A DNA stretch of 64,000 nt. It comes from Mytilus californianus (lineage: Eukaryota). The notes below the pieces were generated by a model. The model was not told the DNA's origin. It ran no database searches and saw nothing but the letters and a program-made list of their open reading frames with translations. Shown in pieces: positions 47,661-61,044 of this stretch; position 1 is the stretch's first letter; every line of letters begins with the position of its first letter. The translations under genes were made by a program, and so were the position numbers. The DNA is taken from NCBI RefSeq assembly GCF_021869535.1, contig NW_026262745.1:40982001-41046000 (forward strand), in the 5' to 3' direction.

Positions 47661-48419
47661 AGTAAACATTAGGTGTTAGAATTTTATAATTGTTGTTTAT
47701 GTTTATAGAAGACAGATGTTCTTCTTACTGACAACCACGGTAAATCAATGAAATTTACATCGAATTTGTATGGAGTGCATTTCGAGGCATCAATAAAAGT
47801 TTGGAAATCCAAAGAATTGTAAAAATACACACGTAAAAGAGCCTTCTAATAAAAATGAACATGAAAAGAAAAGATCTACAATTAACGTCAACATTAAATA
47901 AGGACATGTAACATTCACTGTTGAATAAAGATCAAATATTTAACCAAATGTTTGTAAAACTTATGGTCTGTTTGGAAATAACCTATTAGCCGGATAACTG
48001 TATTTGTTCGGAATCACTCTATCAGCCAGTTATGGCAAAACGAAACAGACCAAATTGTCGCCAAGAACATGGTTTAACTTGATGTTTCTTGTATGAAAAT
48101 GATCTCTAAATAATCCTTTAATTAAAAAAAACACTTCTAAAAGAAATGGTTAACACTGTACATCGAGCTACAAAGTGAAAAAAAACAGTTTAATAATATG
48201 AGTACTTGATTTCATTGTTATGAACAGCATCCAACAGCCTTCTGAGGTTAATTCTGCTTTAGTATGGTGAAAATGTATTTAAAATTTATCGAATATCTAT
48301 TAGCTGAATGAAATATACGAAATACATCAAGGAAAATCTTTGATATGGCTTAGAAAAGAAATCAAATGTAGGTCATGAAGTCAACTCATCTACCGTGTGA
48401 AATAAAGTATAAGTAATAT

Positions 48420-48450
48420 AGGTTATCCAGAAAAGCGCTTCGGACGCACG
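48420..48450 (+). repeat. 3' half of a family C hammerhead-like motif
   Basis: aggttatccaGAAAAgcgcTTCggacgc; related degenerate copies at about 14605-14650, 55850-55880 and 57621-57910. Confidence 0.55.
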
Positions 48451-49454
48451 AAATTAACAGTGTTATTTTCATGTTTGATATTACAGGATGGATGATTCAA
48501 AGTTTTACGTTTCGGACGCAATATCTTGTTGAGTGTTTTTTTCATGTCATATCACTTGGTAAGAATCATACATCACATTAGCTATTTTCGGGGGAAAAAA
48601 CAAAACCGTACAAAAACAGAATATAATACGACTTAGAGAACATGTAAACTGCACAAAAACGAAAGAGGTACCCTTCAATAGACACACGTATAATACATAC
48701 TAAAATTACCTCTTTGTCGTAACGAAAAAGTCCAAATCTCAACGAATCTTTACTGATAATAGTTTTCTCATCCAACCTTTCCATTTATGTATTTGTTTAC
48801 CCAGTATGTACGAAATAAATTTACCCATTCAAGGTTACAACTATATAGAAACAATTCCAAAATTAATCTTACTTACAGACTACAATATTAGCATGCGATG
48901 GTTTATATCTAGAGAAAAAATCTCATTCTTTAGATTTAATTAAAGACTTGAATAGTTAATTTTGGACCGATCATAATAGCTAGTATTGATAGACTTATGA
49001 TAGCTACTGTAACAAAGGTTTTAAAATTGTGATCAACATACAATAATGTTATTATGTCTAAATAAGTCAAACTGACAAATGTGTGGGTCAGCGATATACA
49101 TGTTCAACATTTATCAGATGTACTCGTTTAAATAACTTAAATACCCACTATTAAAATATTGATTTGATTAAACCTCTAACCTCTTTTACAAAACAACACG
49201 CATTTTATTGTGAATAACGATATATTAAACTTCGTTACGAAATCAAATTATTTGCACTTAACAATCCTTCCGTTAAAAGATAAAAAAAAAAAAGGGAAAA
49301 CAAAAAAATTATGTTCGCTTCGAGTAAGCAATGGAACATTCCGAGTAAGTAATGGAACATTTTTAACCTTCTTCCCGTAAATTTTATAGCTTGAAAACAT
49401 TTTGTAAACTTTAAATAACGTAAGACTAAAGTGTTTTTCATTTTCCACTTAAAT

Positions 49455-49785
49455 ACAGCAACAAGGCTTCCTCTGCCTTATTTTTAGACTTATACCTCGA
49501 ATTTGACATATGAGGTCATCTTATTACCGAAATCTATGATAATTAAACGAGATGATTTTAATTGTGAAATTATAAATTTACCCCACCTTAGCAGCAATAT
49601 ACCAACTTCACCTCATATGGAATATACATTTCCCAACTCATTCGGTATTCACGAGCTTGCAGCTGCTACTCAGACTTTATAAAACGTCACCAGTGTCTGA
49701 GCAGAAAGTTGATGAACCAGGGTTATGTCAAAGAACGTCTCGTCCTTTTTCTAAAAAATTCATCGGAAGATACCAAGACCTTATT
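49455..49785 (+). pseudogene. RT C-terminal remnant of a second Penelope-like subfamily
   Basis: Pieced translation RDDFNCEIINLPHLSSNIPTSP / YGIYISQLIRYSRACS / RKLMNQGYVKERL / FIGRYQDL parallels 8960-9200. Confidence 0.7.
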
Positions 49786-49904
49786 TATGCATCCCGCCAT
49801 TGTGTTATTGTGCTATGGTCATTTTTTTTTGTTTTCTTGTCTTTCATTTTTGCTTATGTACTTTGTCTATAGAGTGCCTGTATGCCATTTTGTTTTTCTT
49901 TGTT

Positions 49905-50248
49905 GAAATAGTTATTTGTTTTTATAGTGATAAAGATTATAACACAATATTGACTGCTGTACCCAAATTTTTTACAATTTTACCTTTAAGTCTGTTCGTT
50001 TTGCTCACACATTGTTCTCAATGTAATGGAATTCTATGCAACTGTCATACAAGTGAGAGGTTTAGCTAGCTATAAAAACAGGTTAATCCACCATTTTCTG
50101 CATGAGGAAATGCCGGTATCAAATCAGGAATATGACAGTTGTTTTCCACTCTTTTGGTATGTTTGAGCTTTTGATTTTGCCATTTCATAAAGGACTTTCC
50201 GTTTTGAATTTTCCTTGGAGTTTGATATTTTTGCTATTTTACTTTTTG
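49905..50248 (+). mobile_element. SINE-like repeat (family 2), longer copy
   Basis: 50040-50248 aligns with 9990-10196. Confidence 0.75.
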
Positions 50249-51392
50249 CATTACAACCTACATGTATACTCAAATTTCGAGAAAGTTAAGCACAGCTCCT
50301 CGTCTGTCACTTCTTTAAACAACTTTTAAAACAAAGAGGCATGCTATTGACAATAATTAACAATAATTATCAAACAATACAACTTATATTTGAATACTTG
50401 TATTTAGTTTAAATCAATTTTGTAAGTTAATACTTTCACTATAAAAACAAAAATCAGAAAAACCTAAGGAATAATCTAATCTCTACGTTCTGTTGACATG
50501 CTTGGAATTTTAATTTAAGTGACAGTTTTAGTGACGCCCAATTGAAACTAGTCCGAGATTGCTCTGGCGTCTTACAGCCTTTTTTGTAACTTGCTTGGAC
50601 TGCGGGACGCCAGAGCACACTTAAAATAGAAACTTTGAAATGCCCAACCCAGACTTGGGGTCGGCAATTCCGAATAGATCCATTGCCATATAGATAAATC
50701 ATACACAACTTGTTTCCTTATTCATATCCCGTAATTAGAGGGAAATAAACCTTTCCAAGATGGAAGTTATATATATATATATATATATATAAGGTACATA
50801 TTCGTGGGGGGAAATATATTTTCTATAAGAAAACTATGCATGTAAATTATTTCAAACCATATTCTAGTTTGAGGTGGTCTAAACGCAATACATTATACAG
50901 TTATACATGACACCCCTCACTTGATATACCTGCTTAAATAAAAGTATTTTTCGCTTCATTTGAAATAGATTTTTAACAATTTGTGCCTGTAAACACAAGT
51001 TTCAAATGTCCATTTGAGTGTAAACCAATTTTAATATCGTTGATATACATTCAATAGCTTCAACTGACACGGAAAGCAGGGTATGGATTACAAATATCTT
51101 TGGGGATGAAAAATATGACTGGCTTTTAATAACACGAACCAGTGTGCAGTCTATGATTTATACATATATTTAAATTTCGGGTTTTCCACTTTGTTTAACA
51201 AAAAAATAATATGCAGGAGATATTTAATTGTGTTTAATCAAGTTTTGACAAGGAAATCCGCGGAAAATCTTTATATTATCATGAAAAATACATTCAAATT
51301 TCGACTATGGCTAAAGTCTTCGAACATCTGGCTTTATGAAATATAGCGTTCCTTAATTGGTATTAGTTCGTCGGCATAAGTAGTACATGAAT

Positions 51393-51602
51393 AATAAAGG
51401 GACAGAAGATACCAAGAGAATAATAATATTTTGCAAGTCGATGAGGAACCGACAACATCATGATAAAAAACGAAAATGACGAATAAAACAGCAGTCTGCA
51501 TGACTCTACATACAAAATAAAGACTGAGCAAGACAAACCATTAACAAAATCTGGATTGATATCAGGTACTCTGGAAGTGGGGCACCCGTCGAGTAGCTTA
51601 TG
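51393..51602 (-). mobile_element. Degenerate Penelope-like 3'-end element
   Basis: gaagataccaagag...aagactgagcaag...caggtactctggaag...ggcacccgtcg. Confidence 0.55.
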
Positions 51603-53721
51603 GTAAAAGGACATAAAATGGTAAATCTATGGAGTTCATCTTTAAATCGCTATATAGACATGAAGTTGTTTTTACGCTTAGTGATACATTTTGTAACGCA
51701 TATTAGATCGGTGATGTCATACTTATGCCGATGAAAGGACTAAAAAGACGACTGTACAGAAATAAAGATCCGTTTACTTCTGTTGTTGTTTAACAGCAGG
51801 TACTGGAAGTGTAAACATTTTGCATGGCAAAACAGACAAAATGAAAAGACAAACAACAGTGACCCAAAAAAAGTTCAGGTGCTTCAGAAAAGCAAGACTG
51901 ATGATTTCCAATAGATTTGCAGAAATCTATACAAGTTTTTATATTCATCATCAATCGTTTGGAAAACTTAATGACATGATAAATGAAACGGATATCACTT
52001 ATTAAGATGCGTATAAAGGTAACACAGTGGTGATTGTGAATAATTATTGCTATTAAAATCTATCCCTCGATATCGTCGAACTCGAGATAAAATCAGTATA
52101 ATCGTAAGTTAATGAAACACTTGAGAATCACGGGAATGTCCCTGCTTGAAAGAAACAAGAATTTTTAATACAATTTTTGTGCAAACAAAACAATTCCTAC
52201 GAACACCTTAATGTTTACAAATTTAAAGCAAACTGATAAACGATGCATGTTCTAAAAGCACATTTATTTGCGTCGAAATAATAATAATAACCAAAGTATT
52301 TAAAAAGTGAAACCTTTAATAGATGGTCACTGTTGCGAAACACATACAACTTGCAATCTTTAGATATTTACTAAGGCCCTATATCCCAAAAAGTTAAATG
52401 TTTAACCTATTTTCTAACATCAACAAACACGTCCATTCTCCTGGAAGCTTTTGATGCACAACGCTAATATTACAATATAATTCACGAACTTGTATTAGAA
52501 ACATTAACAATTTTTTTGTAATATAATAAACGTATACCTTGAACAAAGTTTTAAAGACAATATAACAAATGGATCGAAACGTATATTTCAGAATTACTGC
52601 GATAGTAAACATAACAGTCAAATTAATAGAATAACAAATGGGTACCGAAGTCTGTCCTCCCAATACGACACTTATTAATTGATATTTTAAAAACTCCGTT
52701 GGAAAGAAATTTAGAAATGTTTTCAAAATGACATTGAAAGAAACTGGAAGGGATTTTTAGATGCTTGTTTTATTTAATGGAGCAGAAACTGCCTTTCCAT
52801 GACTATATTATATAATTTACCTCACGAATCAAGGCCGAAGGGACTGACATTTGTATACCCTAATGTACAATGGGAGATGGAACTTTTCAGCCTATATATA
52901 TTTTAAACTAAAAGACATTAAACATTACATATAATTCAAACAGAACAAATATCACGTATATTGTGCCTTGAAGAGTTTGGGTAATTTTGTTAGAGAAATT
53001 AACCTTAGAATAAAATTGACGCTTGAATTCCAATAGCTAATTCTATCAACAATAATAAATAAGACGATCATAAGAAGTCCCCAGTAGAGATGTCATACAT
53101 GATGTAGGCCCTACCTGTTTTCTCAACATAAACAAAATCAGGACACAATAACATTTATATATACATTAATGTACACAAGAAATACAAATACTAAAAACTG
53201 ACCAACGCACAACAGTGGAAACCACGTCTATAATTAAAAGCAAAGGATAGAACAATTAATTTAACTGATATTTACAAAAACATAATTCGTTAAATTAAAT
53301 AGTCAGACACGAGATTTGAGAAAAAAATGATTGTGCATTATTTTATATTTCTTTCGGTGTATTAATCATAAGAAAACGGTATTAACAAAACTAATGAACT
53401 CCAAGGTAATATCAAGCAGGTGAATTTCATAAAACATGACAAAATCAAAATAGGATAGAGAGGATAATGACAGTCCCAAAATATTCGAATTCCTATCGGT
53501 AAGTGAACTATGGTGTGAAAGACATTCAGTCTATTTTTATAACTTTATTTACATTATACCTACTACAATGTAGAAAACGTCACTTTTGGTAACGTCACTG
53601 CCATTTCCCTGATAGTTTACCTAAAATCGGTCAGATTTAAACAGTACAATGGCTTTATACATATTTCTTTTTATATGACGACGAATTATGGAAACTTATA
53701 ACTAATTACCAATACTCAGTA

Positions 53722-53925
53722 AGCTAATCATAGATACCAGATTTACAATTGTGTACGCCGGACGAGGGATTCGTCTACAAAAGACTCATCAACGACGCTC
53801 AAATTCAAAAAGCTAAAAAGGCCAAATAAAGTACGAAGTTGAAGGCCCAAAATTCCGAAAGGTTTTGCAAAATGCAGTTAAGGTAATATATTCATTGGGT
53901 AGAAAATCCTTAGTATTTCGAAAAA
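53722..53925 (-). repeat. Degenerate family A hammerhead repeat
   Basis: catagataccag...acgccggacgagggattcgtctacaaaagactcatcaacgacgctc...ggccaaataaagtacgaagttgaag. Confidence 0.75.
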
Positions 53926-55402
53926 TCTCAGTGTTTTATTCATATTGACTTGTGAATGAAAACATAGATTAGTATACGATGTTAGAAATAATAAAATATA
54001 CTGGATGAAATTTACAAACCTCCTGGAAAATATGGTGTATATCCTTGCAGTTTATTTGATTTTGCTTTTTGTTCAATTTAAAAATTTTAAATTAAACGAT
54101 TTTGAATTCACTTTTTGCAAAGTTCCTGTAAAGATACCGATTTGCCTTTATTTCCCATTGTGCTGATTTTAGAAAAATCTATAGCATACTGCACTTTAGT
54201 AAAAAAAACCAATTATATATATGATATTAGCAATGGGTTTATTTGATTCACCAATATATACCTAATTAAACCTATTTATATATGGCTAGAAAGTTTTGAA
54301 TGCGCAATGATATAAAAAAAAGTCTGCAATCGGGTAAATTATGTTGAAGTCCAAAATACGGTGATTTCTATGGAGACATCAGTTTCGTTATTGTACATCT
54401 ACTTTATCTGGGTCAACTGTTCCATGTGTATAATATCATTAGCATATGTGCTGTTATTGAAGGATAATTTAGAGATTAGCTGTTTTCCCTTAGAAGTTCA
54501 CTAGATATGTAATATTTCCTGTCCGTTACTTTATATCTACTACATTCTTTAGGTTTTAATTTAAACAATATTTTTGTTCAGTTTAATCAAGATGAACTAA
54601 ACTCAAATACTTTTTCAATCATACTTATATGAAATAAGTTTTACACAAAGAAATGGTTTATGTTATGATATCTTGGTATCGATCACAATGAAAAAAAACA
54701 CATTATTCATTTAGTAAAAATGTGCATTATGATGAAAAGTCGTCTATTTATGACGTTATTGCACATCGTGTAATTAGAAGCCTGGTATCTTTGATGAGTT
54801 TGTTTCATAACACATAAATAATCCCTATGTCCATTTAAGCTTAGAAAGTCTATGCAATCGTAATGTAACCGATTTTTAAATGCAATTATTTTATCATGAA
54901 AGTTATAGTTTTATGCATATTTTATTTTAAATCATTTAAAGTTTTTTTTTCAAATTTTATTTATTCAAAAAAGAAAGTTTAATTTTTTTTTTTAATTTCC
55001 TTGTGAATCAAATATAAAAATTATATTTCAATGCATAAGTGCATACAAATTCGTTATCAGTATATTAGTTGCCATTAAATATTTATAAAGGCTTATGATA
55101 TATTTGACATTAAAGCATGTGATACATAGCCGTGACACTTACAACGAATACATTCACAGTAGGCATTTTATTCAATATGTAAAATTTGTCACTTAATATG
55201 ACAGAACGAAAACGGCTTCATGGAGAGCAGATAAATACTAAATGGAAAAGACGTTTACAAGAAAATAATGTGCAAACAGAAGTAGTCATTGAAGTGAAAT
55301 GGAGGTTGAAAATGTAAGTAATATATACTATATATATATATTAATATATATGTCGCACACTCATATTTTTATTTTCAACTTATAGAGAACAAAAATAATT
55401 AA

Positions 55403-55750
55403 AGATACAAGGCTTGTAACTTATAATGTAAGGCGAGAGTTTCGTCTACATAAGATTTATCAGTGGAGCACCGATCAAAACAGGTGAGAAACCAAATCAT
55501 TTTTAGAAGTAAAGAGCATTAAAAATCCAAATTTCCAAGAAGATGTGCAAATCTGCCTAAGACCACATTTACTCGGGGATAGAACCTTGTTGTTTTGCAT
55601 AAGTATCATGTTTTATGGACAGTTAATTTATAATACAGCACCGTATAAACGATATTTCCTTTCAGCACAGAAGTGCTCCCGACTGGCATGGAAAACCCTC
55701 GGGAGACGAAATGACCACCAAACGGTACATCGACCCAGAGGTTGTAAACA
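55403..55750 (-). repeat. Degenerate full family A monomer (about 350 bp)
   Basis: gtttcgtctacataagatttatcagtg at about 55439-55465, through aaccctcgggaga and catcgacccagaggttgtaaa. Confidence 0.6.
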
Positions 55751-56093
55751 TGCTTATAATTGATTCAGCTCGACGTTCGTTTAATCTGCATCCGACTAAT
55801 CAATGGAGCTAGTATAAAAAAGATTGAAAGCTAAATCAGTATCATAGTTGAAATCAAGAAAAACAACTTTGGACGCACGATATTTATAAAGCGTTATTAT
55901 CATTTTTTAGTACCGGGTTCACAACGCTGTCGGTTGGCCTCTATTATCCGAGGGAAAGTTTAGCTCCGTAGTCCTCTGTGCTGATATTATTCATAACATA
56001 CCTATTTTGAATTCTCCATCGAAGAATTCAGAAATTATTGAGAGGCTAGTGTTGTTTTCTTTCATTTTGAAGATCATTGCAAAAACAGAAAAA

Positions 56094-56356
56094 GAGAGAA
56101 AATACCAAGAAGACAATCGAAAATAATAAGTATATAAAAAGACAAACCAATGATCATAACGATAACCGATGGAAAGACATTTAAAAAAAGCAAAACATTA
56201 CGAAGAAAACTAAAAATTAAGCAACACGAACCAAAACAAAAACTAGGTTGAATTAAATTCCTTCAGAAGGGTACACAGTACGTAATCCACGTGTGGCACC
56301 CATCGTGTTAGATAACGTCACAATCAAAGAAAAGGGGACGGGATTGTGGTAACAAC
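56094..56356 (-). mobile_element. Degenerate Penelope-like 3'-end element
   Basis: aagcaacacgaacc...ccacgtgtggcacccatcgtgtt...ggggacgggattgtggtaac. Confidence 0.6.
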
Positions 56357-57620
56357 AAAACCAAACATATCAGCTTTTTTTTCTATTTATGTTTTTTAGA
56401 TGCTCATGTAAGAAGTATGCTTTATATGAATAACGTCCCCAAAATTTGTATCAAATCTGGCTACGGTCATATGTGCCTGGGGTTTAGAAAAAACCTTAGT
56501 GTTTTGAACGATTATTACATTTGATGTACAAATAATAACGTTGATTCGTGCATTTTATGGATAAAGCGGTATTACAGTGAGTTAAAAAGAAATTTAAAAT
56601 CTACCTTTCATTACTTTTTATTAAAAAATATTGCGGTACATTACGAAATTGTATAATTAGTAACTAGTAAGTAGAACAAAAATTAGGTAAGTCTAAAATC
56701 AATTTATGATTTAAATAATTAACTTACATTCTGGCAAAAAATATTGGCAGTGTTAAGATGTACTGTATGATGCATTTTCTTCGATTTATTTACATCATAT
56801 ATTTAAGTATTTCAATGTTTTTATATTTGAATATTTAGTCAAATTTTACTTTCAACATGCACAGTGCAAACAAAACACATTTTCCTTCAGAAGAAATGTT
56901 TATTTTATTTTCTATAAGTCATCCTATAACAGATATAATAACCCCTATTGTAGCCTCATATTCATCAAAGACCTTTAAATTTTCGATAGAAAATATGTTT
57001 TTATCAGTTTACACTGAATATAATACTGGTCCTATTCATTTCCCATCAACTATGTCTTTCATATAATTTTGATTTCTACATTAAACTTTGAATGATATCA
57101 AATTTTAGGAATAGCGGTGTGAATTATACTTTGACAGTACACAAAATATATTAAATTCGAATATACATATACATATAGGTGGAATTGTTGTAAAATCGAC
57201 AGGATTAAGGTAAGAAAGCAATTTTGATATTTGATTTTCTTCCTAATCTTACTTATTTTTATAATAACGTTGGTTGTTTTAACAGTAGATATACCATTTT
57301 CTTTTGATTATAGTCCAGAGTAACTGGCGTATAGATACATATAACTACCTATGTGTCTAGCGTTACGAAGGGTGCGAACATTCACAATCAAACCCTGAAA
57401 AATGTCATCCAGAAAAAATACAAACCAACTCCAGAGAATATCCAAGTAGACATATGGATCGTTCAATTAATTGCGGTTTCTTGTAATATAATATTGCGAA
57501 GCATTTGATTCATGCCACATATAGAGCAACACATGTTCCTAAAATGAAATGAATTTTGCCATATTGCTACTTGCGTTTTAAAGTACTTATACATCCGGGG
57601 CTTTCAAATATTTGGGTTTG

Positions 57621-57912
57621 AGCGTTCCTTGTGAAGGTAAATACAGTAAAAGAGGGACGAAAGATACCAGAGGGACAGTCCAACTCATAGATCGAAAACA
57701 AACTGACAACGCCATGGCCAAAAATAAAAAGACAAGCAGACAAATAATAGTACAGTTGACACAACATAGAAAACTAAAGACTAAGCAACACGAACCCCAC
57801 CAAAAACTGGGGGTGATCTCAGGTGCTCCGGAAGGGTAAGCAGATCCTGTTCCACATGTGGCACCCGTCGTGTTGCTTATGTTATTACAAGTAAAGTGCT
57901 TCAGACGCGCCA
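57621..57912 (+). repeat. Family C hammerhead-like motif split by a Penelope-like 3'-end element
   Basis: gcgttc cttgtga aggtaaatac agtaaa [insert 57651-57889] agtaaa gtgc ttc agacgc; TSD AGTAAA at 57645-57650 and 57890-57895. Confidence 0.6.
57651..57889 (-). mobile_element. Well-preserved Penelope-like 3'-end element
   Basis: Close reverse complement of 9325-9554; flanked by AGTAAA repeats. Confidence 0.85.
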
Positions 57913-60900
57913 AATCTATTAAGTTTTAATATCATTTATCAGCACTGCAGATGGTGCTTATTTTTTGGCAAGATATTATTTTGATATAATTGATACTGAA
58001 AATTTTCAGTTGTACTAAAACTTATTAAATTTGTGTGATTGCAAGGTTATCGTACTCACGCACGTGTGTTTTTTTAATTTTTGCTTCATTATTTTAGTAT
58101 ATTTGGCTTTACTGCTCTCCTCTACGTTTTATCTTTCCATAGATTTTGCTATGGTGTTGTCTGTTTTATTAGACAAATGTTTTTGATTACCACTTTGGCA
58201 TCTGCTCTCTTTTATGTATTTTTACACATAGAGAAATGTACTAACTGCAAAGTATGCCATCATATTAAAACAACAACGTAGATGGGTGTCATATCAGTAC
58301 CTAAATGCCTGCACTGCTCATATTATTGAATACTACCTGTTTATAATAGAGAATAATTTGAAACTGTGGCAACCAACTAAAAATTAACGAGATAAAAAGG
58401 GTATAACTCAGAAGAATCCGAATTTTTATTTAGTTTCAACATTCACTAGATATATTGATGCGAGACATGATGATAATTGTTCGACAAAATACATTCGATA
58501 TAGGGTACATGATATCTATGCTACTGTTTAAAATTGCAATAAACGAGAGGCAATGTCACTATATACAAGTATCTATACATGCGTCAAAAATATCATGTTT
58601 CTGATATTAATTGTTGGCACTAGGTCACAATCGTGCTCTATCGACATAAAGATAAATTTAAAGACTTAATTTAAAGTTGTCAACTGTTGCTAACTAGAAA
58701 ACGAGATAATTGAAGGTAAACAATAAAAGTAAACAGGTTGTTGTTATAATTATACAAACGTACACAAACTGTTTTTATTATTTTACAAAGTATGACAGTT
58801 GTTTTCACATTATATATGATTTGACCTTCGAAAAACTCATGTTTAAAAAAATGTTTTAAATCTTAAATTATGATAAAGCATTTTCGTTTTCTGATTGTAC
58901 AAATTTTAACATATTTTTTTTTCTTATCACTCGGCACATGTACAACGGTACACATTTTGGTAAAATAATTGAAAACATCAAACAATACAAAACATTAAAA
59001 AAGTATTAATTATTGTAATGATTTCAACGTTAATAGGTGATAGATTTGTTAAATGTCAGAAGACTTGTAAACTAGAACATCAAAGCACAGTAAAACTGCT
59101 TAGTCATTATAGAACAGAATTCGTAATTAAAAAGAAGGTTTATCTATGAAATTTATCTTTATAAGCCAGTTCATTCCAGTACTAATATCTTCTAAAGAAG
59201 GCAAAATAGATTTTATCCAAGTTGAACTATACATGGTCAGAGTCATGTTAAGTCTATTTGGTGTTTGCTTCCTGGTTCGTCCAGTAATCTATTACGATAT
59301 TACATTATGCCAACTTTGTCTTGTTCAAATCGATCTATTCATATGTTTGAATCTTTGATTTCAATTAAAATGGTTTCATATATCAGGAAATCCGCTTAAT
59401 ACCCGTTCTAGGATCAAATCAGTGGGAAAATATCCGTATATCGTTAACTGTCCGTACACTAATGGAGAAATATGAACTCTCGCCTTTTATAAGGGAATGC
59501 AATACTCGAAAAAGAAACAAATAATGTGATGACTGTCTTTCTGCAAAGTTGAGTTTTTTTTGTTTTTTTTTTTTATATTCATGTTTCTTTTACTTTTAGA
59601 CGTATAAGTTGTCATTTCAACTTAAAAGAATTGCCTGCCAAATTATTTCCACATTTTCAATTTTACCTCAGAAACATTTGTAACTGGTATTTATTAAATG
59701 CTGTTGAAAAAAAAAGTATTGAATTATTTGTTATGGTATTCAACTTTCTACTTTGGAAACACAAATTCCGCTTCAGAAATTTGGTGCGTCCGGGGCTAAG
59801 GATGCACACGTCGTTGAAATCTTAAGATAAATGACTGCAAGCGCTTCAATTTTGTAACCAATATAAAAACGTTAAAGATGAAATTATTTAGAAAAAAAAA
59901 CGATCAAAAATAAAATCATTCTGCTCAAACCGGTGCTAGGGCCGTCTGGTTCTTGATGTGGTGTGAGAGTTTTGCTTCATGGCGAAGTCCTTTTTTTTGT
60001 GACAATGAGATGAAAACCATCAACAGAAGCGCTGATGGTTTTGTTTTGATATTTCTTATGCGTGTTGTGATTTTATGATATGAATTGATACACCATATCG
60101 TTTCCCTTCCATTATACTAATTTAATAACGTGGATTATAGTAAGAGTATAGGATATATCTTTCTTGCTAAATTATGCAAAACAATAGTGCAAAGAAATAA
60201 GGAAATCAACTTGAACTAGATATTGAATACGTGATATTCCTGTACGATTATAATGGTATCTTTTAACTCCATAAAATCGTTCCTTATTATTAAATGATTT
60301 ATGTTTGTCCTTTGCACTGTATGGGTTGTTTTCTTAAAAAGACCAATAAAGCATTCACTTTATAATATCTACATTTCGTGTGTCTACATGGCAGGGATAG
60401 ACTTTACATTGAACCTTTAAGTTTTGGTATTGAACTTGTTCACTAATTCGTTTATTGAAGAAGCTAAGCTATAAATCAAATTAAAAGCTATGCAATAAAT
60501 TATTTTATATACAAGAGGGCTTTATACTTAAGTAGTTCAGTATAAACTACCCTTTATCTATGTTAAATTCAAACATTTATTTATGATGTGTTCGGATGAT
60601 ATTACTTAAAGGTTTCACGAGAGCGAAGTCAATAATTTGTGTATTACTGTAAAAGGCGTATAATGCTAGGAATTGATAGCCATAAGATACAGCAACTATG
60701 GTCTAGTAAATAAATATTTTGTGATACAATAAAGGGTCTGCAAACGTCGAATATTTGACACTTGTATACTTATACAATGTATCAGTTATACCATTAAATA
60801 TGATTTGCAATATCAAATTAACAAAACTCATTTTTCTTCAATATGTCACCTTAATCAGAATATCTAACTTTATTAATTTTTACCAGTCATTTTAAACTTT

Positions 60901-61044
60901 TTTTTTATTAAAGTACGTTAGAATTATTAAATTTTTTTCCTAAATTTCTGGTGTTTTACTTTTCAGTTCACGATTTGTAATAAACTTATCTTCAGCTTCA
61001 TATATATGTTATTGGTTTCTTTTCACGTGTACATTGTATATCAA

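Noticed and set aside
57587-57913. 108-aa ORF, and similar ORFs at 26886-27225, 49657-50329, 2873-3172
   Set aside because: They lie inside identified non-coding repeats.
60013-60042. 10-bp hairpin aaaaccatca / tgatggtttt, and similar short stems at 1030-1057 and 1854-1869
   Set aside because: Short stems expected by chance in 64 kb; no supporting context.
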